Shown one piece after another: positions 8,276-16,482 of a stretch of DNA of 64,000 bases. This DNA is from Deltaproteobacteria bacterium. GTDB lineage: Bacteria > Desulfobacterota > Syntrophia > Syntrophales > Smithellaceae. The notes beneath the pieces were generated by a model that worked only from the letters and a program-made list of their open reading frames with translations, was not told the DNA's origin and ran no database searches. Position 1 is the stretch's first letter. The number at the start of each line of letters is the position of its first letter. The DNA lies in the NCBI GenBank assembly GCA_012729055.1, contig JAAYDW010000051.1, forward strand, positions 305 to 64,304, written 5' to 3'. A program made the position numbers and the translations under genes.

Positions 8276-8300
8276 GCGCCGGATCGCCCCGATCCGGCGC
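8276..8300 (+). terminator. Intercistronic hairpin between polyesterase and foldase (possible attenuating terminator)
   Basis: GCGCCGGATCG-ccc-CGATCCGGCGC followed by GTTCTTGCTG. Lies 27 nt after the stop and about 58 nt before the foldase ATG. Confidence 0.45.
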
Positions 8301-8358
8301 GTTCTTGCTGCAAACATTCAACCATCAGGACGATTGACAAAGGAGAAATAGTCTTCCC

Positions 8359-9108
8359 ATGCTCATCGAAAAAGCAAGCTTCATTCAGAAAAAATGGTTA
8401 TGGCTTATTTTGGTCCTGCTCATTGCCGCAAGCGCGGCAGGCTATTTTGCGCGCGATGAAGAACCCCCGACCCTGGCGCAATACAGAATCGTCGCCAGGC
8501 ATGTTCTTTCCACGCACAAAAATATTCCTCCGGCGGAAAACAGGATCGCCGCATGCAGCTCCGCCGACTGCAAGGATGTTGCGGCCGTCTTGCAACCGGA
8601 GGCCAAAGAAAAAGCGGATGAAAAAGAAGAAATCTATACTCTGTTTCAGGCCGATGCAGACGGCAATCTTGTGCTCAATGAAAAAACACGCCTCAATATC
8701 GAAAAATTATACGCGCTCAACACGCCGGAGGAACTGGCGGAAAAAATGCAGAAGCTGTCAAAGGCGCTTCCCGAGCCGGCGCATCGGCAGGTTGTCAATC
8801 TGGTGAATTACTTTGATACTTATACGCGAAATATAAAATTGAGCTATCCGCCGGATGAGCAGCCGGCAACAGTCGAAGCGGTTCTCGATCGGTTCAGGGG
8901 GATGCATGATTTGCGCCTGTCGCATTTCGGCGCCGACGTGGCATCCGCTTTTTACGCCGAAGAAGAAAAGCAGTCTCTCCAACTGCTGTATCTGATGGCG
9001 ATAGAAAAGGACGAGGGATTATCGCTGGATCAGAAGGTCGAACGGGCGCAGCAGCTTCTGCAAAATAATCCGGAACTGGCCGCCGCCTACGACCCCGACC
9101 GCAAATAA
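8359..9108 (+). CDS. lif: Lipase-specific foldase (Lif / lipase chaperone family), membrane-anchored
   Basis: N-terminal TM anchor (WLWLILVLLIAASAAGYF). By-eye match to Pseudomonas LipH-type foldases: ADADGNLVLNEKTR, LPEPAHRQVVNLVNYFDTY, HDLRLSHFGADVASAFYAEEE, LSLDQKVERAQQLL. Confidence 0.85.
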   Translation: MLIEKASFIQKKWLWLILVLLIAASAAGYFARDEEPPTLAQYRIVARHVLSTHKNIPPAENRIAACSSADCKDVAAVLQPEAKEKADEKEEIYTLFQADADGNLVLNEKTRLNIEKLYALNTPEELAEKMQKLSKALPEPAHRQVVNLVNYFDTYTRNIKLSYPPDEQPATVEAVLDRFRGMHDLRLSHFGADVASAFYAEEEKQSLQLLYLMAIEKDEGLSLDQKVERAQQLLQNNPELAAAYDPDRK

Positions 9109-9118
9109 AGAAAAAAGA

Positions 9119-9151
9119 GGGAACGGTCGTGACCGTTCCCTACACCTTTTT
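9119..9151 (+). terminator. Probable rho-independent terminator after the foldase gene
   Basis: GGGAACGG-tcgtga-CCGTTCCC stem, then TACACCTTTTTG. Confidence 0.5.
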
Positions 9152-9266
9152 GTTACCCGCCTGCGGGGGCAACGCTGCTCCACCCTTCCATGAAGAGAGA
9201 AAGAATCCGAGGACCGTCGCTAAACGCTTGTTTCATCGTATGATTTCGCTTTTCCTGCACATTTTC

Positions 9267-9296
9267 TTGACATAAAAAATTTTTCGAGGGTATGAA
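9267..9296 (+). promoter_or_regulatory. Sigma-70-like promoter candidate upstream of the carboxyltransferase gene
   Basis: TTGACA-N18-TATGAA, about 75 nt upstream of the ATG at 9370. Confidence 0.35.
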
Positions 9297-9369
9297 TGCC
9301 TGCGCCTGACCAATGCGGCAGGATCGTCGCCTAATCGGTCAAATATTGAAGCAGGATGAGGAAAAGAGC

Positions 9370-10932
9370 ATGCCTTTTGAAAAAGAACTGGAACATCTGG
9401 AGAAACTGAAAGAGAAAGCCCGGCAGATGGGCGGACCCGCCAAAATCAAGATTCAGCGCGACAAGAAAAAACTGGCAGCGCGCGAAAGGATTCCGCGCCT
9501 CCTCGACCCCGGCACCTTCCTGGAAGTCGGAATGCTCAACTGCTCGGACGTTCCGGGTATGGAAGAAAAAACGCCCGCGGACGGCAAGGTGGGCGGATAC
9601 GGAAAAATTCACGGACGGCCCGTGGCCGTCATCGCCAACGACTTTACAGTGCTCGCGGCCACCAGCAGCCGCGTCGCCGCGCGCAAGGAAGTCGATATCA
9701 AGAGCGAGGCGGTGCGCCGGGGCTTTCCGCTCATTTATCTGGGAGAAGCGGGCGGCGCGCGGATGCCGGACATCATGGGCGCCAGAGGCCTGGCCTCTTA
9801 CGGCGGCGGCGGCTACGACACGTTCGTGGAGGCGATGAGCCGCGTGCGCCGCTCTCCGCTCGTCACCGCCATCATGGGGGAATGCTACGGCATGCCGACG
9901 TGGATGGCCTGCCTGTCGGATTTCGTCGTTCAGGTAAAAGGCAGCGCCATGGGCGTCTCCGGCCCCCGGGTGCTGGAGCTGGCGATCGGCGAAAAGATCA
10001 CGGATGAAGAACTCGGCGGCTGGAAGGTCCACGCTGAAATCACCGGCAACATCGACCGCGTGGCTGAAAACGATGAAGCGTGCATGGACATCATCCGCGA
10101 ATACCTGTCCTACATGCCCTCGCACTGCGATGAAAAGCCGCCCGTGCTTCCCGTCCCCGAGGGGTCCGGCGCTGCCATGGACAAGATTCTCAGCATTCTG
10201 CCCGAAAAAAGGAACCGCGCCTACGACATGAACAAAATTTTAAAGACGATTGCCGACGGCGGCCTTCTGTTTCCCATAAAGCCCGATTTCGCCAAGAGCG
10301 TGATCACGACGCTCGGACGCATTGACGGCCGGGTGGTGGGCTTTGTCGCCAATCAGCCTTCTTTCGGCGCGGGCGCGATCGACACCAACGGCATCGACAA
10401 GATCACCAGTTTCCTGGTGTTGTGCGATTCCTTCAACATCCCCCTGCTCTTTTTCGAAGATACGCCGGGATTCCTGGTCGGTCGGGAAGCGGAGCGCAAC
10501 CGCGTGGGCGCGAAGGTGATGAATTTCATGAACGCCCTGGGGCAGATCACCGTTCCCAAAATCACGGTGATTGTCCGCAAAGCATACGGCATGGCGTTTC
10601 ACACAATGGCGGGCCCCGGATGCCGGACTGATTTCATCGTCGCCTGGCCCACGGCGGAAGTGAGCTTCGTCGCGCCGGAAATCGCGGCCAACATCGTATT
10701 TGCCGGAAAGATGGCCGGTTCGCCGGAGCTCCAGACCCAGAAGGACACGTACATTTCGGAGATGGTTCGCGACAGCGCCCCCTACTCGGCGGCCGGCGCG
10801 CATTTTTTCCAGGACGTCATCGATCCGCGCGACACGCGCGATTTCATCATCCGGGCGCTGGATATCTGTGAAGACCGGCGCACGGGAGGCATCGGACGGC
10901 ATCTGCTGGCAAACTGGCCGACCAAGTTCTAA
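9370..10932 (+). CDS. Acyl-CoA carboxylase/decarboxylase carboxyltransferase subunit (PccB / MmdA / GcdA family)
   Basis: Two-domain carboxyltransferase pattern (GRPVAVIANDFTVLAATSS; GRVVGFVANQPSFGAGAID; VPKITVIVRKAYGMAF). The ATG at 9370 gives the typical MPFEKELEHLEK.. N-terminus. Confidence 0.9.
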   Translation: MPFEKELEHLEKLKEKARQMGGPAKIKIQRDKKKLAARERIPRLLDPGTFLEVGMLNCSDVPGMEEKTPADGKVGGYGKIHGRPVAVIANDFTVLAATSSRVAARKEVDIKSEAVRRGFPLIYLGEAGGARMPDIMGARGLASYGGGGYDTFVEAMSRVRRSPLVTAIMGECYGMPTWMACLSDFVVQVKGSAMGVSGPRVLELAIGEKITDEELGGWKVHAEITGNIDRVAENDEACMDIIREYLSYMPSHCDEKPPVLPVPEGSGAAMDKILSILPEKRNRAYDMNKILKTIADGGLLFPIKPDFAKSVITTLGRIDGRVVGFVANQPSFGAGAIDTNGIDKITSFLVLCDSFNIPLLFFEDTPGFLVGREAERNRVGAKVMNFMNALGQITVPKITVIVRKAYGMAFHTMAGPGCRTDFIVAWPTAEVSFVAPEIAANIVFAGKMAGSPELQTQKDTYISEMVRDSAPYSAAGAHFFQDVIDPRDTRDFIIRALDICEDRRTGGIGRHLLANWPTKF

Positions 10933-10954
10933 CGGGCGCGAAGAGCGGCGGCTT

Positions 10955-11953
10955 TCAGGGGGCGAGGGCTTCCACCAGACCGTCCATACGGTCGCCGGTC
11001 TGCGTCAGGCGCGTTTTTACGAATCCCGCTTCCTCAAGCCAGGAGCGAATTTCATCAAACGTGTAGGTCGACCCTCCCTGCGTGTTCATCAGCATGTTCA
11101 CCGCAAAGAGTGCCCCGTCTTTCGGCGTGACGCGATCCGGCGCCATAACGTGATCGCGGATGATGATCCGTCCTTCGGAAACCAATGCGCTGCGCACTTT
11201 CCGGAAGAGCGCAATATTTTCCGCGGGACTGTTCTGGTGGATGATGGCGGAAACGAGCGCCAGATCGTGTCCGCCGGGAAGCTCGTCCGTGTAAAAATCT
11301 CCCTCCACCAGGCGGACCCGGCGCGCGAGCCCCGCTGCGGCCAGGCGCTCGCGCGCCAGGGGTATCACCTCGGGCCGGTCAAACAGCGTCGCCCTCATAA
11401 AAGGCGCGGTTGAAAGAAAGGCGATCGTGTACGTGCCGGACGCGCCGCCCACATCGATCAGGTTCCGGGCGTTTCCGATCTCCACGGCCCTGACGATTTG
11501 CTGCGCCATCGACAGGCCCACCACATGCATGGCCCCGACAAAAGCGCGAACTTCATCGGCAGAACGAATCTCGGCGGGAGGGATCGCAAACGGCTCGCTG
11601 CCGGTTACCTTCGAAGTGAGACCGGACCAGCTTTTCCAGAGGGAATTCGCATGAAGGACCATCGGCAGCACCGAGTGTTGACTTTTGTCATCGAGATACA
11701 CCGCAGCATCGGGCGCCGGGCGATAAGCGCCGTCTGGCGCTTTTACAAGCAGACCCATGGCCGCGAGGGCGTCAAGAAGAATCGTCAGGCCCCGCAAATC
11801 AGCCGGCAGCCGCGCGGCCAGGGTTGCGGCGGTCGCCGGCGCTTCGGTAAGCAGCGTAAAAAGGTTCAACTCGGCGGCGGTCAGCAAAAGCCTGCTTTCC
11901 ATAAAGCCGCGGGCCAACTTCAAAATGTCCTGTGCCGTGTGTGCGTTTGTCAT
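10955..11953 (-). CDS. Class I SAM-dependent O-methyltransferase (family-2 type with N-terminal dimerisation domain)
   Basis: SAM motif I LIDVGGASGTYTIAF. Length about 330 aa, with a winged-helix-like N-terminal domain. Confidence 0.85.
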   Translation of the reverse strand: MTNAHTAQDILKLARGFMESRLLLTAAELNLFTLLTEAPATAATLAARLPADLRGLTILLDALAAMGLLVKAPDGAYRPAPDAAVYLDDKSQHSVLPMVLHANSLWKSWSGLTSKVTGSEPFAIPPAEIRSADEVRAFVGAMHVVGLSMAQQIVRAVEIGNARNLIDVGGASGTYTIAFLSTAPFMRATLFDRPEVIPLARERLAAAGLARRVRLVEGDFYTDELPGGHDLALVSAIIHQNSPAENIALFRKVRSALVSEGRIIIRDHVMAPDRVTPKDGALFAVNMLMNTQGGSTYTFDEIRSWLEEAGFVKTRLTQTGDRMDGLVEALAP

Positions 11954-12225
11954 GCGCGCTTCTTACTTTATTTTTTAAGAAAAAACCACAACGGCCTGCA
12001 TCATCCGGCGCCCGGAACGGCCGGGTCGACCGGGAGGCGGCTCATCCGATGCGGGAAGGCCGTGAGGATCAGGACGTCTCGACCTGCCGTGGCTTCGGCG
12101 CTTTCCAATGAGAGAAAGAGGAAGGCGTCGGAAGTCATCATCGCCAAAGGATGAGCATTCCGGTGTTGAAAAACCGTCCTTGGCTTTGCTCGGGTTCGCG
12201 CTCCACAAAACGGAATTCGGTCGTT

Positions 12226-13116
12226 TCACGGACGTCTTTTTGCCGTTCCCAGGCGCGACTGGAGATAAGCCGTCAGGTTGACCGGCTCGTTTGCGATCTT
12301 GAATTTCCGGCGGATGTGTTCACGGTGCCGATGAACGGTCGCCTCGGAAACGCCCCGCAGCCGGGCGATTTCCTTCGAGCGCATGCCGTTGCGGATCATG
12401 TTGCAGATGTCCACCTCCGCGGGCGTGAGCGTGCGGAACAGGTCGCCCCCCCGCTCGACAAACGGAGAGGAAATTTCCTGAAGACTGGTCTTTAAAATTT
12501 CCAAATATGTGAGCTTGTTTTCCGGAACGGCGGGCGCGAGCGCGGAAAGAACCGGCATAACGACCTTGTCGATGTTCATCTGTATGTTTTCGTAAATCCG
12601 TCTTTTTTCCTCTTCGATGTTGGAGAGAACGACGCGTAGCGCCGCATTCGCCTCCTGAAGCGCCTTTCTTTCGAGAAGAAGCTGCCGGTTGTATTCCTGC
12701 AGATCCTGCCGGGCCGTAACCCCGACGGCGATCTCACCGATCCGCTGGGCGATCGCTTCCAGCAGGGCCCTTTCTTCCCGCAGAAACGGGCCTTCATCCG
12801 CTTCCGGCCGCTCTTCGGCATAAAGGACGGTCACGTCGCCCGCGGATTCGCCGCCGACCCGGATTTGCGCGGTTTGCCGCCACCCGGTCCACGCAAACTT
12901 TTTGCTTTCAAACGTCTCTCCCCGAAAGACAATACGCGCGCAGGCGACGTCTTCATAGCGCCAGGACCGCGGAAGAAAATCGGCAAGCGATTTCAGAAAT
13001 TCCTCCATGGAATTCCCGTGGCTTTCCGCCAGGCGCGCCATCCCGTACAAGCAGTTCAACTCCTTAATCCGTTCCTGCAGAGCGATTTCGAGGCCGTCTT
13101 TTCTTTCCATCACCAT
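12226..13116 (-). CDS. LuxR/GerE-family transcriptional regulator with an uncharacterised N-terminal sensor-like domain and a coiled coil
   Basis: C-terminal HTH LTPAEVDICNMIRNGMRSKEIARLRGVSEATVHRHREHIRRKFKI. N-terminal IKELNCLYGMARLAE block. Central coiled coil. Confidence 0.85.
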   Translation of the reverse strand: MVMERKDGLEIALQERIKELNCLYGMARLAESHGNSMEEFLKSLADFLPRSWRYEDVACARIVFRGETFESKKFAWTGWRQTAQIRVGGESAGDVTVLYAEERPEADEGPFLREERALLEAIAQRIGEIAVGVTARQDLQEYNRQLLLERKALQEANAALRVVLSNIEEEKRRIYENIQMNIDKVVMPVLSALAPAVPENKLTYLEILKTSLQEISSPFVERGGDLFRTLTPAEVDICNMIRNGMRSKEIARLRGVSEATVHRHREHIRRKFKIANEPVNLTAYLQSRLGTAKRRP

Positions 13117-13146
13117 CCACTTTCGTAAATCACCGCGGATTTTAAT

Positions 13147-13169
13147 ATTGCCTATATTTTATAGGCAAT
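13147..13169. promoter_or_regulatory. Perfect 23-bp palindrome (10-N3-10) in the luxR-type / femAB-type divergent intergenic region; candidate operator
   Basis: ATTGCCTATA-TTT-TATAGGCAAT. A third half-site, ATTGCCTAT, recurs at 13216-13224. Confidence 0.5.
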
Positions 13170-13347
13170 TCTAGTGCATTCTTTCAGCATTTACAACAAG
13201 CTTTTGATCCCGTACATTGCCTATCAAGAAGACCTTTCGAATCAATTTGCTAAGAGGCTGCGAAGAAGCAGCCAACAGGTTTTACCGGACGCATGCTGTT
13301 TTTCCGGTGCGGACACCTCACAAGAACGCAACTGTCGGAGTGATCAG

Positions 13348-14442
13348 ATGAACATCGGCGTACAACCGAAAAATATTTCCGCCCTGCTGCCCACCGATAT
13401 CCTGTTTCAAACCCCCTACTGGAGCCGGGTCAAATCCCGCCTCGGCTGGAAGCCGGCCGCTTTTGATTATCGCTCATCGACGGGTCAGTCAGGAGACATT
13501 CTGCTGCTTACCAGAACGCTCGATTCCGGACTGGCCGTCGCTTATGTTCCCCAGGGGCCTGAAGCCGGTCCGGAACCCGACCAACAGGGTCTTTTCCTCG
13601 AAACGCTGTCGCTTGCGCTTGCGGAGCACCTGGATGCTTCCGTCGCCTTCGTCCGCTACGATCTTCCCTGGACGTCGCCCTATGCCCTCGAAGCCGCGGC
13701 AGGACAGTCCTGGCCGGGACACCCGGCCGTGCGGCTTCGCGAATTGCGCATGAATTTCGGGACCCGCACCTGGAATTTACGCAAAGCCGGCCTGGATCTC
13801 ACCGTCGCCGATGCGCTGGAAATCAACCTGCGCCCGCCTGTGGAAAAGATTTTCGCGGGCATGAAATCCAAGACGCGCTACAATATCCGCCTGGCGCGGA
13901 AAAAGGGCGTTTCCGTATTCCGCGCATCCGTGGATAGCCTGCCCCTTTTTTACAGGCTTTATCTTCAGACGGCAAAACGCAACGGCTTTCCGCCCGGCAC
14001 GTACAGCCATTTTTCTGCGCTGTTTTCCGCACACGCGCACAAGGGCGGATCGTCTGAAACCATTTTTCTTTTGGCCGCAAAAGGTCCGGATATCCTGGCA
14101 GGCGGGATCTTCGTCCTTGCGGGACGCCGGGCCCTGTATCTGTTCGGCGCATCCTCCGGTGAACGGCGGGAACTGATGGGATCGTATGCCCTGCACTGGG
14201 ATGCCATGCGGATCGCGCGGAATAAAGGATGTCTGACTTATGACATGGGCGCTGTCTCTCCCGGTCCGGATCCAAGCCATCCGTTTTACGGCCTGTACCG
14301 GTTTAAAACCGGTTTCGGCGGGGAAATTGTCCATCGCAGCGGCTCCTGGGATTTTCCCTTTGATCAGGAAGGGTATACATCCTTCTGCAATGTCGAATCG
14401 ATCAGCCGGCTCACGGCCTCGGCACAGCCGGCTTTCTGTTAA
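13348..14442 (+). CDS. FemAB-family (GNAT-fold) peptidyl/aminoacyl transferase-like protein
   Basis: FemAB-like features: FQTPYWSRVKSRLGW, KSKTRYNIRLARKKGV, YLFGASSGERRELMGSYALHWDAMRIARNKGCLTYDMGA. Start chosen at the ATG at 13348 (MNIGVQPK..). Confidence 0.8.
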   Translation: MNIGVQPKNISALLPTDILFQTPYWSRVKSRLGWKPAAFDYRSSTGQSGDILLLTRTLDSGLAVAYVPQGPEAGPEPDQQGLFLETLSLALAEHLDASVAFVRYDLPWTSPYALEAAAGQSWPGHPAVRLRELRMNFGTRTWNLRKAGLDLTVADALEINLRPPVEKIFAGMKSKTRYNIRLARKKGVSVFRASVDSLPLFYRLYLQTAKRNGFPPGTYSHFSALFSAHAHKGGSSETIFLLAAKGPDILAGGIFVLAGRRALYLFGASSGERRELMGSYALHWDAMRIARNKGCLTYDMGAVSPGPDPSHPFYGLYRFKTGFGGEIVHRSGSWDFPFDQEGYTSFCNVESISRLTASAQPAFC

Positions 14443-14677
14443 CGGGGTCATTCCCGGGAAAGGCGGAAACCATGAGTCGCTTATCCGTCATGCAATCGGT
14501 TTATGCATCGGGCCGGCACGGCAACGCTCCGGCCGGCGCTGTCCGACAGAGCCACCGGCAGCGGCCGCCGGCAAAAACGTTATCGGCCGAAGAAAGGCCC
14601 GTCTCCCCCTTGGCGGGTTGCGCACGAAACACCCGCGTAAAGAAGCGCGGGCGCGCAAGCGCCAAAGCCCACGCCCC

Positions 14678-16306
14678 TTAATCCGGGGCTTCCGGCTCCC
14701 AAAGCGTCACCCGGTTGCGTCCCTCGTTTTTTGACCGGTACAGGGCCTTGTCGGCTTTTTCAAACAGATCGCGAACGTCCAAAACATGGCTTCCTTCCGT
14801 ACCGGCCACGCCGATGCTGACGGTAAAGGAAATGATTTTCCCTTCCTCCGCGACCAACGGCAGGGTCACCTGCTGTTCAATGCGTTCCCGAAGCCGGCAG
14901 CAAACGCTGTACGCCGCGCGGGCGGAGGTTTCCGGCATGAGCACACCGAATTCCTCGCCGCCCAGGCGGGCGACAACATCCGACTCCCTGAGGGAAGCGG
15001 CAAGAATCTCGCCGAACCGGGCCAGAACCGCGTCGCCCGCCGGATGGCCGTAGGCGTCGTTCACCCGTTTAAAAAAATCGATATCCAGAATGCCGATCGA
15101 CAACGCCTTGCCGTAGCGTTTGGATCTTTCAATCTCACATTTCAAATACTCCAGGAAGTAACGCCGGTTGTAAAGGCCGGTCAACTCATCCGTCTGCGCC
15201 AGCTGTTCGATGCGCCTGAGCAGCATCACTCGGTCCGTGGAATCGTGCAGGGTGATCAGTTCTCCGACACTTCCGTGGTTTCTGATGATCGGCAGACACT
15301 CAACATCAAAATACCTTTGCGTTTCGCCGTCGGATAATTCAATGCCCGGCGGACCGTCCGGGCCGGATTTTTCCCCCGCCTTCCGGCGTTCCATCATCTC
15401 CGTGCAGACGCGGTAAAGGTCGGGGCAAAGCGATGCGACATCGGCAAACGGCCGTCCCGCGAGAGGTTGCTTTGGCGCGACAATTTTCTGCGCCTGCGGA
15501 TTGAGGTCCAGGATTGTCGCGTCGGAGTCGATGATGATGACGCCTTCCCGCATCTGCTCGATGATTATGGCGCGCGCAATCGGCAGAAGCTCGAGCAGCC
15601 GGTACCGGAAAGTGCCGATGTAAAAACAGATCATGGAGAAGAAAAGGCCGAAGCAGGTATAATCCTTAACCAGACCGGGAAACAGTTTGAACAGGTAAAC
15701 GATGTTCCCGATCAGCGGAAACAAAACGCCGGCCAGAATCCAGGACGCCTGCCGGCGGTAAACCCCGGAGCTGCGCAGAAACGCCCGGAAGATGATCCAG
15801 GCGCCGCCGAGCATGAGCGCATAATTGTACAGGGCGGCGATATAAAACCAGAAGCCGTGTTCCACCCGGAGGGTGAGCAGAGGGCCGATCGAAACATAAT
15901 CGGTGCGACTCCAGATCAAACCGTGCCATTCATTGGTCGCAACCAGAATGTCGGACAAGAGGGGAAGCGCGAACAGCAGAAGAATGCGGGGAAACGGCAG
16001 GGGATCGTCCTGCCCCGCATAGCGCAAGGCAAACACGAACCAGACCACGGGGATGGCCGTTAAAAACCAGTACGAAAATTTGGCGAAAAAGATCGTTCCC
16101 GCGGGTGTCGTTGTGACCTGCTCCAGGGCGTTGCAGACGATGAGGCCGACAAGCAGAGCGCAAAGCCCAAACAGGGGATATGCCGTTTTCACCGTCCGCC
16201 TGGCGTTATAGATCACGGCGGCAAGAAAGGTCAGAAAAACGGCGGTCACCGGCGCGATGGCCAGGAATATCTGATACTGAAGCAAAATGTCTTGATGCAT
16301 CCACAC
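14678..16306 (-). CDS. Membrane diguanylate cyclase (multi-TM N-terminal domain + PAS + GGDEF)
   Basis: Six or seven N-terminal TM helices. GGEEF active site with an RESD I-site 5 residues upstream. DELTGLYNRRYF. Confidence 0.9.
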   Translation of the reverse strand: MWMHQDILLQYQIFLAIAPVTAVFLTFLAAVIYNARRTVKTAYPLFGLCALLVGLIVCNALEQVTTTPAGTIFFAKFSYWFLTAIPVVWFVFALRYAGQDDPLPFPRILLLFALPLLSDILVATNEWHGLIWSRTDYVSIGPLLTLRVEHGFWFYIAALYNYALMLGGAWIIFRAFLRSSGVYRRQASWILAGVLFPLIGNIVYLFKLFPGLVKDYTCFGLFFSMICFYIGTFRYRLLELLPIARAIIIEQMREGVIIIDSDATILDLNPQAQKIVAPKQPLAGRPFADVASLCPDLYRVCTEMMERRKAGEKSGPDGPPGIELSDGETQRYFDVECLPIIRNHGSVGELITLHDSTDRVMLLRRIEQLAQTDELTGLYNRRYFLEYLKCEIERSKRYGKALSIGILDIDFFKRVNDAYGHPAGDAVLARFGEILAASLRESDVVARLGGEEFGVLMPETSARAAYSVCCRLRERIEQQVTLPLVAEEGKIISFTVSIGVAGTEGSHVLDVRDLFEKADKALYRSKNEGRNRVTLWEPEAPD

Positions 16307-16482
16307 AGCCTAAAGTTCTTTTGCCTGCATCGTCAAACGCAACGGCTTCGGCGTTACATAGCGGCGGCGCGTTTCATGAACGCATTGCCTGTCGCATAGC
16401 GTTATCATGCGCTTTTCATCTTCCTCCCGTCAAGCGCAAAGAATCGCTTTGATCGTCCGGGCGTGGTCACTGTCCGCCTCTG

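Noticed and set aside
8177-8806. 209-aa ORF overlapping the end of the hydrolase gene and the start of the foldase gene.
   Set aside because: It is Arg/Lys/Ser-rich nonsense in an alternative frame of two well-supported genes.
14443-14677. ORFs 14240-14734 and 14472-14681 in the convergent gap between the femAB-like and GGDEF genes; also checked for a tRNA or ncRNA.
   Set aside because: The translations are Arg/Ala/Pro-rich with no RBS. I saw only short GC hairpins, with no cloverleaf or conserved RNA motif.
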